From Azolla caroliniana (lineage: Eukaryota > Plantae > Polypodiophyta), in assembly GCA_043228905.1 (NCBI GenBank), contig JBHGNT010000006.1, forward strand, positions 9,238,001-9,302,000: DNA of 64,000 bases, in the 5' to 3' direction. The notes beneath the pieces were generated by a model, which ran no database searches, was not told the DNA's origin, and worked only from the letters and a program-made list of their open reading frames with translations. Each line of letters opens with the position of its first letter. Position 1 is the first letter of the stretch. Positions 36,301-48,791 of this stretch are shown here, in pieces. Made by a program: the position numbers and the translations under genes.

Positions 36301-37392
36301 GTCAATATGTATATAAAATGTGGTTATTTAGAAGATGCATGGAAAATTTTCCATTACATGCCTGAGACGAATGCAGCATCGTGGAATGCCATTATCTCAG
36401 GGAACTATCGGCAAGGGAATGCAATGAAAGCTTTTGAAGTTTTTGATCAAATGCTTGCTAAAACAAACCCAGATAGTGTTACTTTTGCAATAATGTTTTC
36501 GATGTGCACTGATCAGGAAGCTTTGATAAAAGGACGCATTCTACACAGTTTCCTTGTAAATGTGTTGTCGGAACAGGAGGTTTTGGTTGGAAATTCTCTT
36601 ATAAACATGTACGGCAAGATTGGTTCGCTAAGAGATGCACAGCATATATTTGAAACTATGGAGGACAAAAATGTTGTAACGTGGAATAGCATGATCAAAG
36701 TTTCTACCGTTTATGAGCAGGACCATGATATTCTTTTACTGTTTGACGGGATGTGGAGAGCTGGAATTCTTTTTAATGAATTAACATTTGTTATCATGCT
36801 TGGTTTTTACACTAGTTTTGGAGCAGGAATAAGTGGCAGTCTCTTGCATGCACTTATCATTGAGTCTGGAGTTGAATTAGATGGCATTGTAACAACAGCA
36901 TTATTGAATATGTATGGTAAATGTGGCATCCTTGAGGATGCATTTAACATTTTCAAGAACATTTCGAAGAAAGATGTAGTTACATGGACTGCCATAATAT
37001 CAATATATAGTTGCTCCGGACATGTTAGAGAGGCACTGTTACTCTTTATGCAAATGCAACACAATGGATTGGTTCTGGATGAAGTTACTCTTACAAGTAT
37101 TCTATCTGCATGTAGTCATGGTGGATTTCTAGAAGAGGGGCAGTATTATATCTTTCAGACATTTAAGGATCAGAAGAGTATTGCAATTCCAGAGCACTTG
37201 GATTGCGTGCTGGACTTACTTGCAAGGATAGGGAAACTGGAAGAGGCTGAATTAATGATTAATTATATACCATTTCAACCAACCATTATAACATGGACAT
37301 CATTGCTTGTCGCCTGCCAAACTGCTGGTGTTGCTGAAAGAGCGAATATTGCAGTATATCACATGAGTGAGCTGGATGTAAGAGCATCTTGA
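33310..37392 (+). CDS. PLS-class pentatricopeptide repeat protein, 1360 aa, intronless, partial E domain, no DYW
   Basis: About a dozen ~100-aa P-L-S triplets (WNAMI.../PD..TF.S.L.AC/MY.KCG.LEDA); ends LSACSHGG...HLDCVLDLLARIGKLEEA...IPFQPTIITWTSLLVAC. Confidence 0.95.
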   Translation: MTFNPTFSSSPSSCNALIRHYARSGNVKKALLLFDQFLCKKPFFPDKFTFVNILSVCCKQKLIKLGKCIHAIAVIMNLESDIMLTTSIVNMYGKCGHLEDAQKPFEDLNIKDLISWNAMIATYAKYGYETQCFQLFHEMHQNCLFADKFTFVSMLSACGNVDNLRHGQYMHVILSHVCHEEEVIIGTALLDMYSKCCSIEDAKKVFDLMNNRDITSWNAMISGYSHSCCTQDAFYLFYEMMLKGIVPNKVTFVCLVDVCSISKSLLQAWEIHSHLIEEGFEMDVVLGSSLVNMYCKCYSLNDAHRTFDILPEHNLISWNSIIAGCVANQHEEEAFKIFGAMRSEGIINPDSVTYTTLLEACAKLETFCEGEQIFNLALQNGLGIDSSVAASAIKLYGKCGKLEKSFTVFEKIPRKSTEVWNAMLAVYAQHGLLKESCELFHVMYTSGEHPNNFSFIDVLTACGRQRCVREGKWIHLNTVLHAFDKDIFVLNALIDMYGKCCSLEDACALFDGMLKRNSVTWTIMLSAYIHSGHETDAIQLFRLMKKKNVYLDIVTFVHILDACTNLEVLSEGQNIHTGIMFRGFDSDIFLVNALINMYAKCRIFDDSTWVFENMHYRDIVSWNTIISAYAQQSKLVEILKCFNQMTLEKIIPDEFTYVSMLGACASPENFSEGKLIHDYVISSSLELSQAVVSNLINMYGKCGSLKEAEMLFNEMLERNGVSWNAMIQAYTDQGKNLEALKLFEQMQVEGNILDGYLSLCILDACASMSMLAHAKKLHTCINSAGLTTDTIVSTALISMYGRCCSLVDASAVFDTIYENDTVSWNTMIGVILQSGNYHQVLQLFQQMLGTSVMPNNGTVVTVLQMVGRYMRLSDGKQMHARLVHSDLLINSVVCNSLLSMYAGCRSTVDAETVFDQMTNRDVVSWNTIIKMHIRSGYDLQAIQMWSQMKTEGFLPDNVTYISILEACGNLGAIVLGNYISSCIILSKLLDKTVYNAVVNMYIKCGYLEDAWKIFHYMPETNAASWNAIISGNYRQGNAMKAFEVFDQMLAKTNPDSVTFAIMFSMCTDQEALIKGRILHSFLVNVLSEQEVLVGNSLINMYGKIGSLRDAQHIFETMEDKNVVTWNSMIKVSTVYEQDHDILLLFDGMWRAGILFNELTFVIMLGFYTSFGAGISGSLLHALIIESGVELDGIVTTALLNMYGKCGILEDAFNIFKNISKKDVVTWTAIISIYSCSGHVREALLLFMQMQHNGLVLDEVTLTSILSACSHGGFLEEGQYYIFQTFKDQKSIAIPEHLDCVLDLLARIGKLEEAELMINYIPFQPTIITWTSLLVACQTAGVAERANIAVYHMSELDVRAS

Positions 37393-38925
37393 TACTTTTC
37401 AAAGATTGCCATTGTTTATGAAAGCTGAGAACAGACCCACCTTGTGGCACTTGAACTAGAAGGGGTATCCTGTTGAGCTCCATGTCTCCTGATTCAAAAG
37501 TTAGGAGTCATACTAACGTAGTGGTTGCAGTCAATTTTGCCTGAATTATGTATGATGTGGGATCTCATTGTTTGATCGATGTCATCCTCAATTCAGTTAT
37601 AATTTGCTGAAGTTAACGAAGTTAACTTCAGATAGCGAACTAGCACTATATATTGGTTAAGTTTGACCATTTTTTAATCACGGTGTATCATGAGTTACCA
37701 TTTCTTGACAAGACCCACCCATCTTAGAAGTGCCCATGTCATGTGGAAGAACATAGCAAGACAGTTCTTCTATTTGTCTCTTCATAAGTGACCTTTAATC
37801 ACAACACTCAGATGTTTTTAACATCTTCAGATATATTCCCAAATACCTGATGTCACTAGTCACTCACAATAATCTTTACTACCAATAATCTGTATCATGG
37901 GCTCTAGTTAATACTCATAATCAAAGGTATTATAAGTTATTGATATTAATACTAATGGGCTATTAACACCTACAAAATGAAGACTAATTGTTGCCTCAAT
38001 ATGAATAACAAAAAATATTGACAGTTATCTAAGTACCATTAATATTGACAGATCCATCAAAGAATAATCGGTTTTGAGAGTTTATCAGGGCCCACGATCA
38101 CATTCAACAGTATTCAACATAAATCCAATTATTGGCATTAAACTGGTGTTTTGATCCTTCAGAAAAATGTAATTTTAGTGAGTACTTCATTTTCAGTAGA
38201 GCAAGGCGTGACCTAAAGGCTTGGGCCATACCTAAAACTATTTTTTAAACTGTCTCAAACAGTGTATATACAAACAAAGCGCTAATATTCCTTGCATTAT
38301 GCTCGAGCACATAAATACTAACTCGAAAAATCACAAAAACAACCTGAACATAATCACTAAACAAGTCTCCATACAGTATTGAACTGCCCTCAGAACTACT
38401 GGTAACGTTGAGCACAAACATGCACAACAACCACAGGACTCGCCAGAAATGCTGAATCACTTGATTTGATGTAACAGTCATTTCATTGTCCATGACACAA
38501 TATTCTTCAAAAATCAGTTCCAGGATTCCACCAAATTCACAAACATTTGTACATCTCTCGATTAAACCAGGAATAAAGCAATGCATAGACCATTATGTAC
38601 TGGCATCAATCCCCTAAACCGGCAAAAATGAAATTGAAAAAACTTGCCACTCATTTAATTCTGACAATACTCAACCACCAGAAATCTCCCTATGCCTGTC
38701 GGGTAACAAGAGTATGACAACTTCCAATCTTTACTAACATTGGAAGAAGTTCAAATTATTTTTTTTCACAATACTCGAGCACTAAATATGCGATCACCTT
38801 CAATTAAAAAGAACAAGATAATTTGAGAGCTAGAGGCAATGGCACCCAATAAATTTGAATTCTTCAATCCATAGCATGAAAAATTGTTCTAAAAAACATG
38901 CATTGCATGCTACATGATAAAACAC

Positions 38926-41900
38926 TTATAAGTCAATAACCCGAGAAAGGTTTTGAATCCTATTTAGTAGAAAATCGCCTTGTTTGATGGTAGCTTGGTA
39001 TAAAGCATTCTTTGCATCAGGACGGTTTGTCTCCAACACACCTGCTACCTTATCGATCTTGCAATGCAGCCTACCAGAAGCAATGAAACGAGACAGCTCC
39101 CTAAATACATTGAACACAGAAACATTCCATCAGTTCCACAACTGAAACCTTCCTAACCATAGAAAATGGCATTAAATAAGAAAATGACCAAGGAGAATTG
39201 CACATGTTCATATTTCTTATGAGGCTCACAATCCTAAATGATCATTGATTTTAGATTTACAAAGTTGGGAGGACAGTACAAATCAAAAGAATCCTTTAAA
39301 CTAGTGTTGGCACATCAGATGGGAAAGCGTTTCCATCTTTATGGATTCACAGCTTTCCTTTTGGAACTTGTTTACAAATAGCATATGGAAGGAAAAAAAC
39401 TGCTCATTTTCAAAGAAAATTCCAATAATAAACTTTACCTATCAATGAAGTCTACACTGACTCCAAAAGCTTTTGCCATAGCTTCCATTGTGACACTTTT
39501 ATAGGACTCCAGAAACTGAGAATATGCTACAGTTCGGACTTCCCTCATATAGTATCGAAAGTGAGGAAGAAGATATCGATCAAGCCGAATCTGATCGATC
39601 AACCCATCTACATGTTAAAAAGAAAAAATGTCATGTTTGGCTTGATCATTCGATTTGATAAAACAACCACAAATGTGTTACTATTACCAAATGCTATGAA
39701 AAATGATTTATACTGGCAGCCATAGAGTGCATTCAGAAATTCAGTTAAATGAGGTATCTTCCCAATTATTGTCAAAATCTCTGGCGCATCAACAACCTGT
39801 TACCATACCCATGAAAAATGTCATAGTGGGAACCGTAAGGTGCATTCAGAAATTCTGTAAATGAGATATCTTTCCATTTTTGTCAATATCTCTGGTTCAT
39901 CAATGAAGGAATAGCCGTTATGGTTTGATTAAACTATAAATAAACAAAAAAAAACAAATTCCTACTTTCTGCTTCAGTGAAACCCTATCCAACGAAATGA
40001 TGCTTGTCAGAACTGTATAGAAAATAAAGGTATCATATGGAAACAGTTCATAGGTGGTAAATGTCGATATTGAATCCAGGAAAAGCTCTGCTGCCTTCTT
40101 GAAGTTTCTGGTTGCCATACAGTATAGGCCTTCATAAACCTTAAGGCGATTCTTCCTCTCCCAGTCACCACCTGCCTCAAATAAGCTGCAAAGATAGAAT
40201 CCTTCAAGTAAATATCAATTATGATAGAAGATAAAAGGAAGAACAAAAACATTGGATTGGGCATACATTTTGGCTTTTTCTATACTTGTTGCTACCAGCT
40301 TGTAATCCATTGAAAAGAAACCAATTCTCAGTGTATGGAATACAAGATCCATTTTCTGCCCAACTGCAACAGTCTTTCCTTCTGTTAGTTTAAGCTGCTC
40401 AAGAGCTTTCTCCTGCAATTGAAAATTTGCATTTTAAGACTACCAGAAATAAAATGACATGAAGACTCAATGACGACACACAACTTGCACTGAAACTAAA
40501 ACAGTTTAAAATTAATAAAATTCTGATTAACCAATACTCCCACTAAAACAGTTTAAAATTAATAAAATTCTGATTAACCAATACTCCTATGTACATAACT
40601 TTATTCCTTCAGATGCACAAAAGTCCATAGTACCAATTCCAATTTGTAATTACATTATTTCTACATGTACAAAACCAAAAATGTACAAATGGTCATTTTA
40701 CCTTATCACCAATCTGTATGAAGTAAAGCGCTTTAGCTAGATATGCTTCTCGCACCTCGCTCTCTCCTAAATTTTCTTCAGCGTCTTTTATCCTGTCCCC
40801 ATCAAGAAAAATGACAAGCATTTGTGACAAACTAGAATTTATCGCAAAACAAAGCTTGTGAAGCTAAAAAACACAGGAAACAAACAGTGCATGTATCATG
40901 TATCAACACACGAATTGAAATTTTTCAACACTGAGCGTAAAGTTCATTAGAAAGTAAAAGAAACCTGGTTAGCATGGCAATATAATTTACAATAGTAACC
41001 AGAGCAAACTCCAATAGACTACCGTGGTACCATTTCTTAACTTCCCTACATCTGACATAATTTACACATTGTATTGGCTGCGCAAGCTCCTAAATATGGG
41101 GTTCATACACGATCCTTTAAGACATACTTTCTTAACAGATAATATCCCTTGACAGTCCAGATAGCAGTCTTCAGAAAAGAGTTTTGAGCATTGCTGCTTA
41201 TAACAGTATACTGCTTAAATTCTATAGTGTCTAAGAGCCTGGGATTGGATCAAGTTTAGACAGCCCATTGAAGATGGATCAGCAACGGGCCCTAGATCCA
41301 TGGTCCAGAACCATGTTTCTTTATCCAACGAGCAACCATTTCTATTTCCATTACATATAGGGGGCAGGGAATGGCGAAGATAGATTCTCCATGATATATC
41401 ATGCACCTTTCACAGGAACCATGGGACCTCTTGGTCTGGCATTCCTAACAAGCCTCTAAAGCCAATCTGTTAACTACTTCAACTTTGATCACAACCTGCT
41501 TCAGATTGTGGTTTCTATATTGCAGGTTAAATTCTCAGAGCACCATTTGATCTTCATCTTTGTATATGGGGTTTCTGGCTTTTCACTTGCTTTTTAAGCA
41601 TAGCTTCCAGCCATTCAGGAGCAAAGAAACAAAGAAATTTCCATTTCCCGCCCTAAACTCCAAAAATCCATACAAACAGTAACTCAACAAAAATATGTTT
41701 CCGATCATTTCATTTCTATGTAAGAAACATCATTTCATAATTTATAAATCGTTCTTCCTTCTCTTACTCTACAAGCAAGACAGTTTTTTCTTAGAATTTA
41801 TACTGCTGTAATTCACAGATGGGAGTTGTCTATGATGCTATTACTTTTGTGTGTAATTGTGCTAATATGTGTAGTTAAGTTTTGTTTATAAATTTCAAAA

Positions 41901-44891
41901 TTGGCGCTTGTGTGTTTGTTTCTTAATCATAGAATAATTCAAACTTTATCAATGACTGCAGAGAGATGTAGGAAGGGCAAGGGGATCAAATAAGGTTCAT
42001 ATACAAACTTTTCCAGGACACTAACAATTCCTCTTTCAAGAAGAACACAAGAAGCAAAATAATATTGAAAAGACATTTAAAGTTAAAATAATAGAACTTT
42101 TTTTCTGAAAATGTTTCCAGAAACCATATTTTGAACCCACACTTTAAAAACTCTTGTAATAAAGAAGCTAAAGATGAGTAGTCAAAACACAGGTGAACAA
42201 AAGAATGAGGTTCTATGGGAACCACAATTCTGATTCCAAGAACACAGGCCAAATATTAGGCTGTTTCCTATCTGTATATGATAAACCTTCTCTTGATCAT
42301 TCAGATATGAGACCTATCACGACACAAGATAAATTTTCTCTTCAATTGTGTAAATAAAGACAGAAGAGATCATCCTGAGAGAGATGAGGCACTACCAGAA
42401 TATGCAAGAGCAATGATACTTTGCAAGCGAAAATGTGGGTTGAGTAAGAAGTGAACTTGGGCTTCTCATATATCTAGATTGTCCGCCAAATTTCTGCGAG
42501 GATACTAAACATTGACATGTGCTCTTCTCACTCAGATTTCTCACATCAGTCTTTTCCAGTATATCTTTGGTTTTTTTGTATTCTTTAAACAATTCTTCTG
42601 TGAGAGTTTTTTGTGGTGCTAGGGCTAAGCATGCAAGATTGTGGATTGGGAGTTACCTCGACTCACACTAATACCTCATCGATCAGAAGAACATTATCAT
42701 GCAGTTGCAGTCCATCATGTTTGAGTGAACCAAGCAGGATTCATCCAATGTACATCCATAAATGGCAATTGCTAAATGAGTAGAATAAATTGTAATTGGC
42801 CCACACAATAATTGACGAGGTGGTAGCATACTCATAATTATAATCACCGTTTATGTTTGCATATATTGCATGCATGCTGTTAGTGTTGGGTCTAGGTCTG
42901 AATTCACAAAAAAAGATAAGCCCAAAAGTCGGCTGTCTTCTCAAGCTCCATTTTTAAAGGACACACTTACACTCATAACTGTTGCAAATTTCTTTGTTAT
43001 TGGCTACCGAAGACTTCCATCAAAGATCTTAAGCCCAAATCATTTGCATTGAAATTATAGTTTTTATGCAGCATAGAAAATAGGGTCATCAACTGTTACA
43101 TGTAGGGATTTTTCCACGCATATGAGCAATATTCGTACTTGCTCTTACGAGTTCATATACAAAGATTGCACATTCATGTCTAAAAGGAAATCTAAAGAGA
43201 AAAGATAGACTATCTTTCAAGAAACTTAAGATAGTTTAGGCCTCACAGTGTTAAAAGGTTAATGAAACGATTTCCAAAAAGCCATCCCTGAATTACTTGT
43301 TTGATATCAGTTGATCTCTTCGATAATCTTTCACATCTTAAAGATTATTATTTTTTCTTTGGATAAATAATATTTAAATTTCAATATTTAATGATGAGCA
43401 AATTTAGATGTTAAATTTAATGATTATTATTTTTTCTTTGGATAAGTACATTTCAATTTCAATATTTAATTATGAGCAAATTCCACGAACATAGAGTACT
43501 TCCACCATATAAAGACAGATATAACCAAGGGATGCACACATACAATAAGACTGCATGTCTATTGTTAGTATCTTGATCTTCCATATCAACAATGTCTATT
43601 GTTCGTATCTTGACCATCCATTTCAATGATGTTCACAACAAAACCCGAATACTGTAATTTGTATTGAAATATTCAAAAAACATTGGTACATATATACCCA
43701 GATTTGAGATGGTTTGTCTATAATTTGGCAAGTTGATCCTTCATAAACAAAGAAATCTAAATATACGGCAGTTGCATCCATTTTAAGTGCCCACACAGCT
43801 TGAATTTCATACATCATGAAGGACATTCTAAGATCTAGGCATGTGTGCACAATTAAAGCTCATCGTCTAAGGCAGTTGTAGAATTTCCAAACTCGAAACA
43901 AAGCTAGAATAGTTCAATATTTTAGAGAAACAAATTTCGGATACAATGCAGTTTGGCGCATTTACAAAGTTGAACAAAAAATTTTAAAGTTTAACAATAA
44001 GACAAACAAATCTAAATAACAGCCAATTGTAGCATTTCTGAGGACCAAAAAAAACCAAAATTGGAAAGCACATTTAGAGAGAAACTTTTGGGTCTAAGGC
44101 AGTTAGTTTGGTGCATTTTCAAGCTCTAAACAAAGCTAAAACTTCAATGAACAGTAGGAGGAAGAATATAAACTATCTAAGGCTGTTTGGTGCATTTACT
44201 AGGTCCAATGAAAGCCAAAAGACGTCACTGAGCATTGACAGTAAAAATTCATGGCATTGAGCCAGTGTGTCTCATTTTCAATGTCCACAGAAAACTTAAA
44301 AATCAGTGAGCATCAAGAGTGGAAAGGTTATATTTTAAAATTCTTACTTTTCATCGAGATTCTTGATCTTTTCTTCGATGTCTGAATGCATCTTGCTGAG
44401 CAATGCTTGATCAATATCCCAGCCGAGCTCATTGCATAGGCTTTGGTAAAGCTCTGCCATTCCTTTTAAACGTGAAAGAAAAAAAGAACGTGAATAAGGA
44501 GGCAGAAGAAATGTGTCTCACAAACGCTTCAGGATAATCATAGATACTGAAATTTATTGAGCAGAAAAAGAGAAAGACACTACAATGCACCAAAACCGGT
44601 TCAAAGAATCTTCAGAATGAAAGTAAAAAAAGTAAAGAAAGAAGACGAACCTGAGTGAGTTTCAAGAAAGCTTCAAGAAAATCATATCATCACATGCGTA
44701 CGAGAAAGAAAAGTTTACGAGAAACAGAGAGACTGAGATCTCTGTTAAACCACGGGAGCTCTATAACACAAGCAACAGAACTGGTTCAACAAAAATTCAA
44801 AAGAGAAGAAGCGAGACGGGATGGAAAAATAGAGGACATGAGAAAAATGCAAGAATATAGCTTCGACAAACCCTTAGGAGAAGTACGCAAA

Positions 44892-44934
<43 letters not shown>

Positions 44935-45413
44935 TAACGTGATTCACGCACATCACTGAAAAGCACAGAGAGAGAGAGAGACTGAAGTGAAATCAAATAG
45001 ATCGCTTAAGAACAGAAACAGAAAGAAAACGATCTTAACAGGAAGGAAGGACATAGAGAGTTAAAAAAGAAGAACAAGTGTAAATTAGGGAATGCTGAAG
45101 ATGAAGAAGCCGAGGAAAACGAAGAGAAACACGTTTAGGCACAGGTGCACAAAGAAAAACTGGTTTCAGCCACAGAGAATGTGGAGAAAGAAACGAATCC
45201 AGGAATAGAAATACAGAGAAAGCTGAAGAACAAGAAGGAAGCGAAAAGGATTTGTTAGCTTGTTCTTTTACCATCATCACGAATGAATTTGAGGGCATAT
45301 TCTTTGAGAGGGATTTTCTCGATGTCGGGGAAGTGAGGGGATCTGATGAGGTGAAGCTTCTCTGCGAGCACGAGCTTCAGGTCTTGGCTACCTTCGTGCT
45401 CCTCCATAGCCAT
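38926..45413 (-). CDS. RPN7: 26S proteasome regulatory subunit RPN7 (PSMD6 homolog), 388 aa, 8 exons
   Basis: Exons 45413-45272, 44462-44348, 40792-40702, 40412-40267, 40185-39966, 39796-39688, 39607-39439, 39100-38926, all GT-AG, 1167 nt. Motifs [68 protein letters not shown]. Confidence 0.96.
40495..40587. repeat. Exact tandem duplication (47-bp period) in RPN7 intron 3
   Basis: ACTAAAACAGTTTAAAATTAATAAAATTCTGATTAACCAATACTCC at 40495 and 40542. Confidence 0.92.
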
Positions 45414-45900
45414 CAATCACTCAGTAGTCTGCGTGTCTGTCTGTGTGTTGTGTGCGTGAGTGGTGAGGAGAAGGTAAGAGTAGTATGGTTAGTTTCTAAG
45501 GCACCTACAGAACAGACAGAACAGAAGAGAAAGAAAGAGAAGAGAAAAGAGAAAGATGTGAAATGTATGTATGTATGTGGGGGGGTATTCTCATAATTTG
45601 TTTCTTTCCTGGATTTTCACAAATTATGAGAATACCCCTCTCTCTCCCACCATGTGGCATCCATTTATTAGTCAAAATGCAGGCATGGGGAGGATGCAAC
45701 CATGTTTCTTGACATTCCTAGGATTTCCGGCTCACACAAGGACAAGTTAAGGGTCTAAAATGTATACATATAAACATGTATCTAAAAATGAGAGAGAGAG
45801 AATGCTTGCCCAACGGAGACTAGGAGGTCATGGGTTCAACCCCCTACATTCCACAGTGGCATCTAGTGAATTAAGAGATATGTATAAAGTATATAATAGA

Positions 45901-45973
45901 GAGGTGAGGAAATTGGGTTTTGAACCCACAATGCAATGCTTGTAGTGCATCAACTTACCACTAGGGTAAGCTA
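45901..45973 (-). other. tRNA-derived SINE-like head (degenerate)
   Basis: Minus strand reads TAGCTTACCCTAGTGGTAAG...GTGGGTTCAAAACCC: A-box- and B-box-like motifs at tRNA-like spacing; no intact cloverleaf. Confidence 0.4.
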
Positions 45974-46042
45974 ATTACAATATTAGTAATAAGTGAAAAA
46001 CAAAGAGAACACATTAGCCCGATGTAGCAATGATGGCACTGT

Positions 46043-46100
46043 CGGGCCATCCTGGACTTGAACTAGAGACCTCGTCCGTAAGGTGAATAATCGTACCTAC
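46043..46100 (-). pseudogene. Plastid-derived fragment: trnI-GAU 3' exon plus the end of its group II intron
   Basis: Minus strand GTAGGTACGATTATTCACCTTAC-GGACGAGGTCTCTAGTTCAAGTCCAGGATGGCCC closely resembles plastid trnI-GAU exon 2 (GGGCGAGGTCTCTGGTTCAAGTCCAGGATGGCCCA). Confidence 0.8.
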
Positions 46101-46899
46101 TTCGTGACTTATTATTGTTTGATAGTATGTCGGATATTCTATCTCAAGTTCATAACATGTAAATGGTTGAGTGTAGGGTTTCTTCTAGCACAAAGCACGA
46201 GAGGAGAAGGTAATCCTCGACTTGTTAATGTGCACCATAAAAATAAACGCCAAGAGGGTAGGTAGATGTTCAGAGTCTTGTGTGTCTAGTAGCCCACCCC
46301 CCACACATGATATGTTTATGTATAATAACATCAATGTGCATACCTCATATTGAATCGAGGCCATGGCTAGTAATTAGTCGTGAGTCCAACAACAGTATGG
46401 GATTCCTTGATCGTCACACGTAGTAGAATGCACAAGTTTTTTAGTTTGGTGATTCTCATTTCCCATCCACATGTTACATGACCCATCATCATTGGTTTGG
46501 TTGTATTCCCGACCATATGCGTGCTCGTTTTTGTGAGATAACATGGTATGAAGAGTTATCTATCTACACGGGTCCTTTTTTATAATGTGGTACTGGTATC
46601 CCTATTTTGTCCCAAATGGGACACAATCCCAAAACTGATTGGAACTCACAAGGGGATCCAATCTTCGTGGTATGTCCCAAGAAACTACCCAACGACTAAC
46701 CCCAACGACCATCTTTGGCCTTGTATAACGAGGAGTCGTTCCTCATTTATTGTCATTATTGATTTCCCAATTCACTTTGCATTGCTAAAGGAGTGTGGAG
46801 CGCTCTCTCTTTCTCTTTAGCTATTTTGGGAGTTGTCCCGACTCGTCCCAACTCCAGGTTTTGGTTTTGTCCCATCTTTGGGATAACTATAATGAGTTC

Positions 46900-48250
46900 T
46901 AACCTTAATATTGGTGCATTTTTGTCCCATGTTGTTTCCATTCCACGTGTTTCTTGTGTGATGTTTTTTTCCCATAAAAGACATCCTTTCATTAGTGTAA
47001 CAATTTACAAGGTTTTCATTCCTATGTGGTCAACATAGAAAACAACCATTTTAGTGGTTAGAAGTGCCAGAAAGGAGTGTCATTCTTGAAGGTCATAGGT
47101 GGAGTAGTTGTCCACAAAGTAAGAATTTGATGGGGTTCAACAACTTTATCATCAAAATCTCCAACAATACAATCCCATTGACCCTTCAGAAGTATCAATC
47201 ATGTCCAACCAAATACTTTTTACCCATTTAGTTTGTGAGGCTCTAACTTGATGAAAAACAAGAGAGCACCAAGCCTTCTTTCTAGATGTAATATGTAGTA
47301 GTACAACTCAGTATCTCCCATAATGGTTGGATCTCCTTCCTTATCCCTAAAAATTGCATAGACATTGATGGAAGCGCACAAGCACTTCTAGATTTGGTGT
47401 AAAAACCATGGTCCATTGTTTCAATTTCGTAATGGAAAGTAGATCGGACAGTGACATCCAAACCACCATGCCCCATGTGAATACCAATGGGGAAAAGTAG
47501 TTAGCAAATATTCTAAGGAGGTGTAGGTGTTGCCATACCAATTGAGACTCAATGCAAATCCCATAAGACAATGTTTCTAAGTTTCAGCTTGTAAATGATA
47601 GTGAGCACAACTAGAGGATATGCCCATCTTATGCAAACATGTGTACAAATAACCACTATACATGCAATATTTGTTGTGTATGTTTTCTTGCCCATAGGTT
47701 AACCCATAACTTAGCTAGAAACTTTGGAGCAATATTCAGTTAACTCCAATATTCTATCTAAGAGCACATGTCTTCCCAACTATACATAATATTGGAAAAA
47801 ATTAAAGTTGTTATTAGTAAATGGATATGTCCACTGATAATCAACTAGGTCCCAATCTAATCTAAACAAAGGTTGTTTAGCCAACACCCACCAACTTCCA
47901 ATGTGACCTTATATCATCTACCGATTACCCTTATCTCGTGTCCAATAGCATAAGGATAATTTATTGCCATGTCTTGCGACTGAGACAATTGTTTTGTGTT
48001 ATTCACCTAAAAAAAATAGAAGGTCATATCCTCGAAATACCCATTTACAATCAAGAGTATTTCCAATCTTGAAAAAACACCTACCCATTTATGGTAAGAG
48101 CTATTGGGTGGTATGGTGATGCTACTCATAACTTCCTGAATTCGATGATACATGATTTGTCTTCCATGCATCCTAGCTAGTACTTGTTTTTGCTTTCCCA
48201 AGAGCATGATAAAAAAAACTTGCCAGGTCTTAACCGAGTTAGCAAGATCG
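46900..48250 (-). mobile_element. Possible highly decayed LINE remnant (ORF1 zinc knuckle / endonuclease)
   Basis: Only faint minus-strand motifs: IVGDF at ~47155-47175, SNH at ~47055, and a frameshifted C..C.K.GH...C-like stretch at ~47605-47645. Confidence 0.3.
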
Positions 48251-48751
48251 TCTGCCATTTCCCCCCCATCCCAACCATTGTCTAGAACCCATCACTAAAC
48301 CATCTGATGTTGTAAACGACGGGTTCTAGACCACCCGTTGTCTGAGATACTCAGCATAATGCATAGGGTTGGGTTTATTGTGGAGCAAACCAGGTAAGGC
48401 TTTGTTTCCATACAGAAAAGCCAATCCTAATAAATTTGTGGTCCCATCCATGGGAGAAAGGGACTCATAAATTTTCCCTAAATATCCAATTGACATCCTT
48501 CGACCAGAGTGGGCCTAAGCGAGGAGAGCATTGCGAACAATACTTTCGATATCTCTTTGCTCTCGAGTAAATCCTCTAATAATCCTCTTCTAGCCCTCAT
48601 CCAAAATACATACAGATTGTGGTGTGCATGTGTCTTATGTGCATTTCACAATACATATTGATATTGTGTGTACAACTCATAAATATGTACATAACTGTAG
48701 AGTTATCAGAAGCTCCTCTGTTCCTCTCTCATCTGAGCCAGCTTTCAAGAA

Positions 48752-48789
<38 letters not shown>

Positions 48790-48791
<2 letters not shown>

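Noticed and set aside
46043-46080. Functional tRNA gene
   Set aside because: Only the 3' half is present, joined to intron-like sequence.
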